From Deltaproteobacteria bacterium (GTDB taxonomy: Bacteria; Myxococcota; Kuafuiibacteriia; Kuafuiibacteriales; Kuafuiibacteriaceae), in the NCBI GenBank assembly GCA_040218735.1, contig JAVJQW010000012.1:384001-448000 (forward strand): DNA of 64,000 nt, read 5' to 3'. The notes under the pieces are model-generated. The model saw nothing but the letters and a program-made list of their open reading frames with translations, was not told the DNA's origin and made no database searches. The stretch's first letter is position 1, and each line of letters begins with the position of its first letter. Shown here piece after piece: positions 49,147-58,819 of the stretch. Made by a program: the position numbers and the translations under genes.

Positions 49147-52100
49147 ATGCCGCGCGTCGACCGACGGCGTTTCGAGGCGAGCTTCGCCCACCGACAGGTC
49201 CGTGTGGACCGTCTTCCGCGGAACCTCGTCCGCAGCCTCGAGGCGCATGGCGTCAGCCGCGCCGATCTGGAGCGCATCGCCGGTGACGACCACGTCATCC
49301 AGGGCGCCGAGTTCAACCAGCTCTACGAAGCGTTGGCGACCCGGACGCAAGGCGGCCAGCGCGTCGACACCCGGGTCAGCGAGGAACTGTTCGCCCAGCT
49401 GACCGCGCGCGCCGAGCGCAGCCCGTCGAGCACGCCGGAGCCGACGCCCACCGCGACGGCGCGGAGCACGGGGATCGGAGGGCGTCGTTCGGCGCGGCCG
49501 GGCTCGGCCGCGGACGAAACCCCGCCCGGTGCGAACGGTGTCGGGGCGAACGGTGCGGCGGCGAACGGTGTCGGTACGAACGGAACGCCGGCGGTCGCGC
49601 AGCCCGCCGACCCGGGTGCGCCCGCGGCCGCGCAGCCCGAGACCGCGGCGCCCGAGGGTCCGCCGCCCCTCGCCGAGGGTTACAACCGGCGCGAGCGGCG
49701 CATCGGCCGCGAGGACGTCGTCACCCACGCGGTGCTCGACCCCGAGACGCAGCGGACGGCGGCGGCGCTCGCGGCGCTCCCGCCCGCGACCGAGGGGCGC
49801 CACACGCCGGTGCGTGCGTTCCTCGACGCGATCGAAGCGCGCGACGAGCGAGCGCGCCTCCTCGCGGAGGGTGACCGTCGCGGCGCCGGCGCCGTGACGC
49901 GCCCCGAGGGTGTGCCGGCCGACATCTGGAACGTCACGGCGGCGCTCGATCGACGCGGGATCAGCTCGACCGACGTCCAGTTCTACCTCGCGCACGGCAC
50001 ACTCCCGGATCTGCTGAACGAGGACGGCTCCGTCGCGATGCGCGGCGCGGACCGCCTCGCGGAGCTGGAGAACGCGGCGATCCGGCGCGGCAGCTGGACG
50101 GCGGTGAACACGTTCACGTTCCTGGTGCGGATGCGCCGGTCGTCGATGGCGGCGGAGCGCGAAGCGGCCGGGCGCGTGCTCGCGACGATCCCGGAGTCGG
50201 ATCCGAGGCACGCGCAGATCACCGCGGGGATCGAGCAGAGCCGACAGCTCGACACGCAGCTCGGGCGCAGCCTCCAGTCGATGTACCGCGCCGCCACCGG
50301 CGCCCGCGAGTCGACCGGGCGCGGGCTGATCGGTCGCGCCGACGATCTCAGCCGACAGGCGCGCGAAGCGCGAAGCGGCGGCGACGAGGCGCGCGCAGTG
50401 GAGCTCGAGCAACGCGCCCAGGGCCTTCGCGATCGCGGCGCGCAGATCACGCACGCGGAGGCGGAGTACCGCTCGTCGATGCGTTCGTACCGCGCCGACG
50501 CCGGACGTCTCTATCGCCTCTCCGCCGCCGCGCAGATCTCGACCGGCGAAGAGCAGGTCCGCGCGCTCGCGACGCAGACCGGCCCGCTCCCCGAAGCGCC
50601 GCCGGCCGTGCTCGGCAACGACGACGGCACGAACACCGGCAACGGCGTGCCCGGCGCCGAGCGCCTCCTCACCACCGCGCGCGCCGTCGACCCGACGGCG
50701 GGCACCGACGACACGCAGCTCGCGCTGGAAGGACGCCGCGCCGCGGCCGTCGGTGGCTTCCACCGCGCACACCTGGACCGCGGTGGTTACTTCGATCGCG
50801 TCGACCCCGAGACCGGCGAGGTCTCGACGCGTTCGTCGGGGCTCGCGCGGCACCGCGACCTCTACCTCGGCGCGCGCGTCGATCAGGCGAACGCGGCGAC
50901 CGGGCGCCTCGCGCTCGCGCGCGCGGAAGAACCAAGCACCGACCGCGACCTGCGCATCTCCTCTCTGGAGGCGGAGCGTCGCGGCGTCGCGGAGGAGCTG
51001 TCGCGTGATCTCGGGCAGTCCCTCGCGAGTGATCGCGCGGCGACCGACGCCCGTGCGCGCGTCCGTGATCTCGACGCGGCGGTCACGAGCGCCGACGAAC
51101 AGCGCGACGGCGCACGCACCGCGGCGCGCGACGCGGACAGCGGCGTCGACAACGCCGAGAGCAACGCCTACGCGCTCCTCGGCGACACACTCAAGACCGA
51201 CGGCGAGGCGCGCCGCGACCGCGAAGGTGTGTCGGACGCCCGCACCGTTCGCAGCATCGAGCGCGGGCGCCGCGACCTCGCGGTGGTCAACGCGCGCGAG
51301 ACGCGCGAGACCCGCGACCGCGCGGTCGACGCCGAACGTGTCGCGACCACGCAGGCCCAGCGCGACCGCGAAGACGCCGCGCGTGTGCTGCGCGCCGCGC
51401 AGCGCCTCGAGACCGGCGAGATCTCCGCGACGGTCCCGACGACGACCGAAGAAGGCTACCGCTTCGCGCGTGGGATGGCGGACCGAAGCGCGCGCGCCGA
51501 GACGAGCGCCCTGGACCGCGCGGCGCTGTCGATCCCCGAGAGCGCGCCCGCCGATCACCGCGACCGCCTCACGGTCGCGAGCCGCCGCGTGGACCTGTCG
51601 CGCTATTGGACGCGCAGCGCGGAGGGCGAAGCCGTCGCGCTCGGCGACGCCGGCCGGAGCGGTGCGACGGGACGCCTCGATCGTGCATCGCGGTTGATCA
51701 GTCAGTCCGACGCCACACGCCTCACCCTCGACGGCGGCTCGGACGCCCGGCTCGGCCTCGCGTCGGGGTTGGTCACCGCGCGCGCCGAGCTCGCGACGGC
51801 CGAGGGCGACTACCGACCCGACGTCGCGCGGCAGCAGCTCCTCGTCGCCGAGACGACCGTAGACGGCGACCTCGCCCTCGACCGCGATCGCGCCGGACGG
51901 GCCTACGGCGAGATCGGCGTCGCGGCGACCGCGGCGCTCGCGCGCAGCGAGTCTCGGTTCGACGCGATCCTCGACAGCGGCAACCACGTCCCCGGCGCAG
52001 CGGACGCGCTCTACCTCCAGGCGCATCGCATGTTCGACCCGGTGCCGTTCGTCGTCATGCCCCGCGGCATCCCGGACACGCCGGCGACACGCTCGGCGCG

Positions 52101-55100
52101 TGAGACCCTCGGGCGCTTCGACGCCGCGCTCGACCAGGTCGACGGGATGTTCACGGCGAGCCAGGCGCAGATCCGCAACGGCGCCGACTACGCGCTCGCG
52201 CGGACCCGCGGCCTCGGCCACAGCGAGATCGGCGCGGCGCAGGCGCAGGTCTCGACGGTGATCAGCGGCGGCGCGTGGGTCCTCTCCCTCGGCTTCTTCG
52301 ACATGAAGGAGGAGATGGCCGACGCGGGCGAGCACATGATTCGCCACCGCATGAGCTGGGTGCGCCAGGAGCGCGACAGGCTGGTTCGCGGCGCGGACCA
52401 CATGCGGGCGTCGTACGCCGCGGCGCGCACGGACGGGCGCGCGTTCGAGTGGCTGCACTCGGTGCGTATCATCTCCGACCGCAGCCGCGCGGACACGATG
52501 CCGCAGACCTACGGGCGCGCGTTCGTCACGATCGCCGAGCACATCCCGGACGACATGCGCTCGCGGATGGACTGGCAGACGTTCAACCGCATCGCGATCC
52601 GCGAAGGACACGTGCCGGTCGCCGCCGCGCTCTCCGGCAGCGTCCTCGGCTTCGAGCAGGCGATGGAGAACCTCTCCGACGATCGCATCATGGCCGTCAC
52701 CCCGGGCATGGCCGACGCGATCCAGTCGCAGGCCGACAGCCTCGAAGAGACCACCGACGGGATGATGTGGATCATCGGCATCAACACCGCGCTCGAGGTC
52801 GGCCTCGGGATCGTGTTGACCGGTGGCATCGGCTCGGTCGGCGCCGCGGCCGAGGGCGCGAACGCGCTCAACACCACGCGCACCGCGGCCTCCGCGATGA
52901 GCGCCGCGCGCAACGCACAGCTCGCGCTCCGCGCGATGGCGGCGCTACGCACGATGGGCACCGTCACCGTCGTCGGCGGCGGGATGATGGCGGCGAACTA
53001 CGGCGTCGGGAAGCTCGTCGGCCGCAACACCGGCGCCGCGCGCGGGTTCGAGGTGCTCACCAACTTCATCCCGATCGGCGCCGGGCAGCGCGCGGCGGGC
53101 ATCGTCGGTCACGCGGACGACGTCGCCGCGGCGGGGACCCGCCTGCAGCAGCTCCGTCGCGCGATGAGCTGGTCCCACGTGCGCAGCGCTTCGGCGTGGA
53201 GCCGCGCGCTGACGCCGGTCGCGCTCGGTAGCGCGCAGGCGTTCGGGACGACGGTCGCGACGCCGTGGATCGCGCAGCGGGTCGGCCTGGAGCGGAGTGA
53301 CCTCGGGCAGGCGGCGATCGGCCTCGGCCTCAACGTCATCTTCGCGGGTGGCATGGCGGCGGCCGTGCGTCCGCGCACCACCGCGACGGGTCTCGCGGAT
53401 CACCTCTCGGCCGCGATGGGCGAGCACGCGCCGTCGCGCCGCGCGCGCGGGCAGATGCGCACGGAGATCGAGACCTTCCTGCGCAACACGGAAGGTCGCG
53501 TGCCCACCGACGCCGAGGTCTCCGCGCTGAAGACACGTCTGCAAGAGCACATGGGCCTCGACGCCGCGACGCCCGACGCACCGGAGCGCGTCGCGATCGT
53601 CGACGGCGCGGTGGAGGCGCTCCGCATCGAGCGCGCCACGCAGCTGCACGCGGGTGCGTTCGACGATGGCACGACCCCGGCGCAGGCGCGTGACGCCGTC
53701 ATCGCCGCGGGTGACGCGCTCTACCAGGCGCGCGGCGGCGACGCGGGCGGCACGTCGCGACTCCAGGCGTACCGCGACGCCGCGATGACGATGAGCGAGC
53801 GCCTCGGCGGACAGGCCCGCGCGGCGTTCGAAGCCGGCGACACCGCGCGCGGCACCGCGCTGATGGAGCTGCGCCAGGTCGTCGGTGAGCGCGCGCTCGC
53901 GGCCGAGCTCGTGGAGGGTACGGCACGCGGCAACCCGAACGACGCGACGCTCTCCAATCCGACGAACCGCGCCAACGCCGAACGCATCCTCGCCGAGGAG
54001 CTCACCGCGGCGCGCACCGCGCTCGACGGCACCGAAGGCCCGGGCCTCGGCCAACGCGACGGCAGCTCGTTCTACGACGGGCTCGTCCGCCGCCTCCGCG
54101 AAGAGGGTGGCCTCTCCTCCGAAGCCGCGGAGACGGTGGTGCGCGGCGCACGCGACGAGCTCGTGCACCAGGCTGTCCTGCGGCACCTCGCCGCGGCGCA
54201 GGTGGAGGCGGGGCCGCGACCGCTGCGCAACAACGAGATCTCGCGCATCGCGACCGAGCTCGCGCAGCGCGCCGGCCTCCCGGACGCGCCGGCGTACGCG
54301 CGGTCGATCGTCGAGCAGCGGCCCGCGCTCGAGCGCTCCGGCTTCGTACGTCCGTCTTCGCGTCCGACGCTCGACGCCGCGATGATCGAGCAGCGCGCGC
54401 GCGCCGCGGCCGACGCGGACCCGTCGATCGCGCGGTTCATCGAACAGCACGGCCCGATCGCGGAGCGCCTCGTCGGTGAGCTCGGCGCCGAGCGGTTCAT
54501 GCAGGCGTTCGGCGACGGCGACATGGTGTCGTTCGAAGCGCGACGCCTGATCGAGCTGCCGCCGGAGCGCATCAACGAGCTGATCGACGTCGCCCAGGAC
54601 GACCCGGCGCGTGTGCAGGGCATCATGCAGGCGCTCGGCGTCGGTGAGTCGCGCTCGGTCGTGCTGCGTGCGTTGAACGAAGTCGGCGTGGAGCCGGCGG
54701 CGCGCCTCGCGGAGATCGGCGCTCAGTCCCCGCGCGGCCTCGGCTACCTCGCCGCGCGCGAGGGTGGCGCGACCCGCGTCCTGCAACGCCTCGCGACCGA
54801 GCCGAACGCCCTCGCCGCGCAGGCCCGGCGGATGGAGGCGCGCATCTTCATGCGCGCGAACGACGGCACCTACCTGGTGCGCGGCGATCCGCCCGCGCCG
54901 ATCCCGGCGCCGACGCGCCGACAGCTCGAAGGCCTCGCGCGACGTGCCGGCGTCGACCCGGCGGTGCTCCGCGATCCGACCGCGCACCCCGCCGAGATGG
55001 CGCGCGTGATGGATCAGATGCGCAGCGAGATGCCGGCCGACATGCGCGCCGCGCTCGACCGCGAGCTGGCCGGGCGACGTTTCATCGACGAGGTCCACTA

Positions 55101-56826
55101 CCAGGAGGCGTTCGACGCGGGCGTCAACAACCCGGAGCACCGCTACGGGCGCGTCGACTTCGAAGCGTGGCAGCGCGCCGAGTCGATCATGATGGGCGCC
55201 GCCGACCGCGGCGAGCCGCTCACCGCCGACACGTTGATCGCCGCGCACCGCGCCGCGAGCGAAGGCATCCTCCCCGAGCCGCGCCGCGGCCTGATCCGCT
55301 CCGCCCCCGCCGAGACCGCGTTCCAGGGTGGCGACGGCCCGATGGGCCAGCGCGTCGTCACGCAGGCGGAGTTCGAGACGATGCGCGCGAACCCGCACCT
55401 CAACGTGCACGACCTCGGCGCCTCCGACGGCGGCCGTCTCGTCATCGTCGAGTACACCTCCCCCGCCGAGGTTCGCGCCAAGCTCGACGTCGCGCTCCGA
55501 CGCATCGACGAACGCCTCGCCGCCGGCGAGGACCCCGTCACGGTCGCCGCCGACGCGCAGCGCGAGTTCGTCAGCATCCACCCGTTCCTCGACGGCAACG
55601 GCCGCATGAGCCGACTCGTGATGGACTACGTGCTCCGTCGCGAAGGCCTCTCGCCATCCGTCGTGCGCGACCCGAACCTCGACACGCAGGTGTCGTCGGC
55701 CGCGTGGCGCGCCGAGGTCCGGCGCGGGATGCAGCGCCCATTCGAGGCGACGATGAACGCGTGGAACCGTGCGCAGCGCGGTCGTCCGCCACCCATCCGC
55801 GCGAACGCGGATCCGGTCGGGCCGTCGCCGGTCGGCGACTCGGCCCACGCACGCCGCGACACCCTCGGATGGACCGGTCAGCCCACAGCGACGCCGCCCG
55901 CGGGCGCCGAGCACCTCGGTGTCATCCACCGCGGCATGCAGGCGATGTCGCCGCGGTCGCGTCGGCTGATCGAGTCGTACCTGCAGCGCGCGGAGAGCGG
56001 TCCGCCCGAGCTCGTCGCACGGCGCGACGCACTCGCGACTCGGCAGCAACAGATCTGGCAGGAGCACGGTCGTCTCCTCGGCACGCCGGCCGATCAACTG
56101 CCCGCGCCGGATCGTGCGCGGCAAGAGGCGTTGCAAACGGAGCTCGCGACGATCAGCTCGGAGCGAACCACCGTCGACCGTGCGATCGGTGACGCGCAGC
56201 TCGCGGCGCGCCGGATGGCGATCGCGGAGATGCAGCGGGTTCGCGACGGGATGCGTCGACACGTCTCCGACGCCGAGTCGCGTCGCATCGCGGACGGGAT
56301 GCCGATTCACCCGTCGGCGGCCGCAGCCGCCGAACCGGCCCGCCTCCGTGCCTGGGTCGCGGACGCGCTGCAACTCATCCCGCACGAGATCGGCGCGGAG
56401 TCGATCTCACTGGTGAGTGATCGCCCACGCGCCGACGCGCGCCGCAGCGGCACGCTCAACATCGGCGAAGACATCACGCGAGGCATCACGTTCCACGAGA
56501 TCGGGCACTACATCGAGTTCACCAACCCCGAAGTCGCCGCCGCCGCGCGCGCGTGGGTGATGGAGCGAAGCCGGATGGCCAACGGCGGCACGGCGCAGCG
56601 GGGAGAGATGCGGGACCTCGCGGGCTCCGACTTCTACGACCGCGGTGAGATGGCGTTCGAGGATCACTTCGACAACCCATACATCGGGCGTGACTACGGC
56701 GAAGGTGGATCGACGGAGGTCGTGAGCGTCGGGATGGAGTACTTGACGTCGCCGGAGCGAATGCTCCAGCTCTACCAACGCGATCCGGAGCACTTCTTCT
56801 TCATGATGGGAGTCTTGGAACCATGA
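49147..56826 (+). CDS. Giant 2559-aa multidomain toxin-like protein with Fic domain and C-terminal HExxH zincin
   Basis: GAGGGG plus ATG; no signal peptide; hydrophobic helices at about 52250-53370; HPFLDGNGRMSR at 55579; HEIGH at 56494 with downstream TEVVSVGME. Confidence 0.88.
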   Translation: MPRVDRRRFEASFAHRQVRVDRLPRNLVRSLEAHGVSRADLERIAGDDHVIQGAEFNQLYEALATRTQGGQRVDTRVSEELFAQLTARAERSPSSTPEPTPTATARSTGIGGRRSARPGSAADETPPGANGVGANGAAANGVGTNGTPAVAQPADPGAPAAAQPETAAPEGPPPLAEGYNRRERRIGREDVVTHAVLDPETQRTAAALAALPPATEGRHTPVRAFLDAIEARDERARLLAEGDRRGAGAVTRPEGVPADIWNVTAALDRRGISSTDVQFYLAHGTLPDLLNEDGSVAMRGADRLAELENAAIRRGSWTAVNTFTFLVRMRRSSMAAEREAAGRVLATIPESDPRHAQITAGIEQSRQLDTQLGRSLQSMYRAATGARESTGRGLIGRADDLSRQAREARSGGDEARAVELEQRAQGLRDRGAQITHAEAEYRSSMRSYRADAGRLYRLSAAAQISTGEEQVRALATQTGPLPEAPPAVLGNDDGTNTGNGVPGAERLLTTARAVDPTAGTDDTQLALEGRRAAAVGGFHRAHLDRGGYFDRVDPETGEVSTRSSGLARHRDLYLGARVDQANAATGRLALARAEEPSTDRDLRISSLEAERRGVAEELSRDLGQSLASDRAATDARARVRDLDAAVTSADEQRDGARTAARDADSGVDNAESNAYALLGDTLKTDGEARRDREGVSDARTVRSIERGRRDLAVVNARETRETRDRAVDAERVATTQAQRDREDAARVLRAAQRLETGEISATVPTTTEEGYRFARGMADRSARAETSALDRAALSIPESAPADHRDRLTVASRRVDLSRYWTRSAEGEAVALGDAGRSGATGRLDRASRLISQSDATRLTLDGGSDARLGLASGLVTARAELATAEGDYRPDVARQQLLVAETTVDGDLALDRDRAGRAYGEIGVAATAALARSESRFDAILDSGNHVPGAADALYLQAHRMFDPVPFVVMPRGIPDTPATRSARETLGRFDAALDQVDGMFTASQAQIRNGADYALARTRGLGHSEIGAAQAQVSTVISGGAWVLSLGFFDMKEEMADAGEHMIRHRMSWVRQERDRLVRGADHMRASYAAARTDGRAFEWLHSVRIISDRSRADTMPQTYGRAFVTIAEHIPDDMRSRMDWQTFNRIAIREGHVPVAAALSGSVLGFEQAMENLSDDRIMAVTPGMADAIQSQADSLEETTDGMMWIIGINTALEVGLGIVLTGGIGSVGAAAEGANALNTTRTAASAMSAARNAQLALRAMAALRTMGTVTVVGGGMMAANYGVGKLVGRNTGAARGFEVLTNFIPIGAGQRAAGIVGHADDVAAAGTRLQQLRRAMSWSHVRSASAWSRALTPVALGSAQAFGTTVATPWIAQRVGLERSDLGQAAIGLGLNVIFAGGMAAAVRPRTTATGLADHLSAAMGEHAPSRRARGQMRTEIETFLRNTEGRVPTDAEVSALKTRLQEHMGLDAATPDAPERVAIVDGAVEALRIERATQLHAGAFDDGTTPAQARDAVIAAGDALYQARGGDAGGTSRLQAYRDAAMTMSERLGGQARAAFEAGDTARGTALMELRQVVGERALAAELVEGTARGNPNDATLSNPTNRANAERILAEELTAARTALDGTEGPGLGQRDGSSFYDGLVRRLREEGGLSSEAAETVVRGARDELVHQAVLRHLAAAQVEAGPRPLRNNEISRIATELAQRAGLPDAPAYARSIVEQRPALERSGFVRPSSRPTLDAAMIEQRARAAADADPSIARFIEQHGPIAERLVGELGAERFMQAFGDGDMVSFEARRLIELPPERINELIDVAQDDPARVQGIMQALGVGESRSVVLRALNEVGVEPAARLAEIGAQSPRGLGYLAAREGGATRVLQRLATEPNALAAQARRMEARIFMRANDGTYLVRGDPPAPIPAPTRRQLEGLARRAGVDPAVLRDPTAHPAEMARVMDQMRSEMPADMRAALDRELAGRRFIDEVHYQEAFDAGVNNPEHRYGRVDFEAWQRAESIMMGAADRGEPLTADTLIAAHRAASEGILPEPRRGLIRSAPAETAFQGGDGPMGQRVVTQAEFETMRANPHLNVHDLGASDGGRLVIVEYTSPAEVRAKLDVALRRIDERLAAGEDPVTVAADAQREFVSIHPFLDGNGRMSRLVMDYVLRREGLSPSVVRDPNLDTQVSSAAWRAEVRRGMQRPFEATMNAWNRAQRGRPPPIRANADPVGPSPVGDSAHARRDTLGWTGQPTATPPAGAEHLGVIHRGMQAMSPRSRRLIESYLQRAESGPPELVARRDALATRQQQIWQEHGRLLGTPADQLPAPDRARQEALQTELATISSERTTVDRAIGDAQLAARRMAIAEMQRVRDGMRRHVSDAESRRIADGMPIHPSAAAAAEPARLRAWVADALQLIPHEIGAESISLVSDRPRADARRSGTLNIGEDITRGITFHEIGHYIEFTNPEVAAAARAWVMERSRMANGGTAQRGEMRDLAGSDFYDRGEMAFEDHFDNPYIGRDYGEGGSTEVVSVGMEYLTSPERMLQLYQRDPEHFFFMMGVLEP
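49531..49584 (+). repeat. 15-bp coding tandem repeat (ANGxx) x3.6
   Basis: gcgaacggtgtcggg / gcgaacggtgcggcg / gcgaacggtgtcggt / acgaacgga. Confidence 0.8.
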
Positions 56827-57113
56827 TTCGCTACCGAGTCTCACTCTCCGAGCAGCGCGTCGTCACCGTCTCGCTCGACAGCGACGATCCCGACAAACAC
56901 GCGACGATCGAGCTGGAGGGCCACCCCTCCGACGTCGCGCAGGTGCGGCATATGCTCGACTTCTCCAACGGGATCGACGGGCGGCTGATCGAAGAGCGAA
57001 CCACGCCGGTGGATCTCGACGTGGCGATGCACGGCAAGTGGCTACGCGACTACGCCGAGCGCCTGGAGGGTGAGGAGATCCTCGCGAGGTACGTGCGGAG
57101 GCCGGCGCTGTGA
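56823..57113 (+). CDS. Small protein coupled to the giant toxin-like gene (candidate immunity)
   Basis: ATGA overlap with the upstream stop; 96 aa, cytoplasmic. Confidence 0.75.
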   Translation: MIRYRVSLSEQRVVTVSLDSDDPDKHATIELEGHPSDVAQVRHMLDFSNGIDGRLIEERTTPVDLDVAMHGKWLRDYAERLEGEEILARYVRRPAL

Positions 57114-57451
57114 GCGTGAAGTCATCGACGCTCGTCATCGCGACGAAGTCCCCCGGCCGCTGCGAGCGGTGCCGACACGCCAACCAGGGCACGGTCGACA
57201 TCGCGGAGGGGAAGGCGTTCTGCTGGTTCGCGAAGGCGCCGAAGAAGGCGTCCCAGCGGTGCGACGTGACGTTGCCGCTACGTACTTCGGCCGCGTCGAG
57301 CTCCGTCGATCCGTACTACCTCTTCGAAGCCTACGACGGTGAAAACGGCACCTTCGACAAGAGCGAAGACCTGCGCATCCTCGCCGAAGACGCGGACACA
57401 TCGCTTCGCCAATCACTCGACGCCGACCGGCCGTTCATCCCGGGGGACTGA
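57110..57451 (+). CDS. Small Cys-containing hypothetical protein (possible Zn-binding)
   Basis: GTGA overlap preceded by GGAGG; CERC...FC...RC. Confidence 0.65.
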   Translation: MSVKSSTLVIATKSPGRCERCRHANQGTVDIAEGKAFCWFAKAPKKASQRCDVTLPLRTSAASSSVDPYYLFEAYDGENGTFDKSEDLRILAEDADTSLRQSLDADRPFIPGD

Positions 57452-57605
57452 GGATGCCTCGGGTTCGGCGGAATCGCCGCTCGACGCACACCGCTTCCGA
57501 GCTCGCTGAAGTTGCGCTTCCTGCAGGTCGCAGGTGCCGACCGGCCCCTTGAACCCCGATCCGACGCCCGTTCGGTCGGCCCGCGGTTTGCTTTGACCTG
57601 GGAGG

Positions 57606-58781
57606 GTGAAGGTCCGTCGAGAGCGTGAGGCCACGACGCCCGCCCCAGAGGCCCGTCCCGTGCGTCGGACGGCGCCCGAGCCGGCCCCGCCCGCGCCGCG
57701 CTCCGAGGCGGTCCGCGCGGCGGACGAACCCCCGATCGCCGCGGCGCTGCGGCCCGACCCCTCGATTCGCACTTCGACGTCCCGCGTCGCGGACGACACC
57801 CACCGGCGGACGCTGGACCTCGCCGCTCAGCTCCGCGACGAAGGCCGCACCGACGAGGCCCTCGGCCTGCTCCGCGGGCTCCGCTTCCTCACCCCCTCGC
57901 GGGGGGTGCCGGACGACGCGACGTTCCTCGCGGGACGCACCGACGCGTCCTCCGCCGGCGACGGGCTCGACCGCCTCGACGCGATGATCGCCTCGATGCG
58001 CGACGAGCCGATCGACACGACGATCCAACCCGCGCTGCGGTTGAGCTGGTTCAACGACCAATTCTTCTACCCGAACGGCGACGACGATGGTTTCACACAA
58101 GCCGCCGAGCTCGGGCTCACGCTCCGCCGCGGCGTCGACCAGCTCGATCTCGACGTCCGCCACAGCATGCTCACCGAGCGCGGCGGCCCTCGGCGCGTGG
58201 ACGAGCTCGACGTGCACGCCACGCTGTCCCGGACGATCGAGCGCGGTCAGGTCGAGTGGACGTTCGGGCCGAAGGTCGGCGTCAGCCTCGTCGGGGACTA
58301 CGGCGGCGCCGAGCTGCAAGACTGGTTTCACGGCGCGATCGGGATGGGGCGTCGCCTCGATGGCTGGCTGCAGAGTGAGTACGAAGGCACCAACCAGGCC
58401 GCGGTGATCGTCGGCGCGCACGTGCAGGCGCGGCGGGATCTCGGCGTCGGCTTCTCCGCGCACGCCGGGCTCGACGGCCAGCTCGCGCTCGGACCCACCG
58501 GCGTCAGCCGCATCGCGCCGCGCGTCGGCCTGAACTGGGAGCTCCCCCGCGGCCCCGTGCGCCCGGTCGTCGGCGCCGAGCTGGAGATCGCGAAGTTCCA
58601 CACGCCGGACGCCAGGCTGCAGATGGCCGGCGGCTACGACACGTCCGGGTTCCAGGCGATGCCCAACTTCCGCCTCGGCATCGCGGGTGATCACTTCGAG
58701 CTCGGCTGGCGCGGCACCGTCAACCAGGGCGGGTCGGGCGCCAACATGGGCGAGATCTATCTGACCATCGGCCGGCGCTGA
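57606..58781 (+). CDS. LpxR/DUF2219-like beta-barrel with signal-less N-terminal extension
   Basis: GGAGG plus GTG; FNDQFF...DDDGFTQ and ELQDWFHGAIG...DGW resemble LpxR motifs; amphipathic strands. Confidence 0.6.
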   Translation: MKVRREREATTPAPEARPVRRTAPEPAPPAPRSEAVRAADEPPIAAALRPDPSIRTSTSRVADDTHRRTLDLAAQLRDEGRTDEALGLLRGLRFLTPSRGVPDDATFLAGRTDASSAGDGLDRLDAMIASMRDEPIDTTIQPALRLSWFNDQFFYPNGDDDGFTQAAELGLTLRRGVDQLDLDVRHSMLTERGGPRRVDELDVHATLSRTIERGQVEWTFGPKVGVSLVGDYGGAELQDWFHGAIGMGRRLDGWLQSEYEGTNQAAVIVGAHVQARRDLGVGFSAHAGLDGQLALGPTGVSRIAPRVGLNWELPRGPVRPVVGAELEIAKFHTPDARLQMAGGYDTSGFQAMPNFRLGIAGDHFELGWRGTVNQGGSGANMGEIYLTIGRR

Positions 58782-58819
58782 CTTGCACCGCGCGCCGTCG
58801 GGCGCGATCGTCACGAACG

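Noticed and set aside
48889-56385. Two minus-strand ORFs of more than 1100 aa (48889-52611, 52945-56385)
   Set aside because: Antisense shadows of the giant Fic/zincin gene.
57454-57552. Short ORF starting MPRVRRNRR, similar to the giant protein start MPRVDRRR
   Set aside because: Only about 32 codons and a 4-residue match; probably chance.
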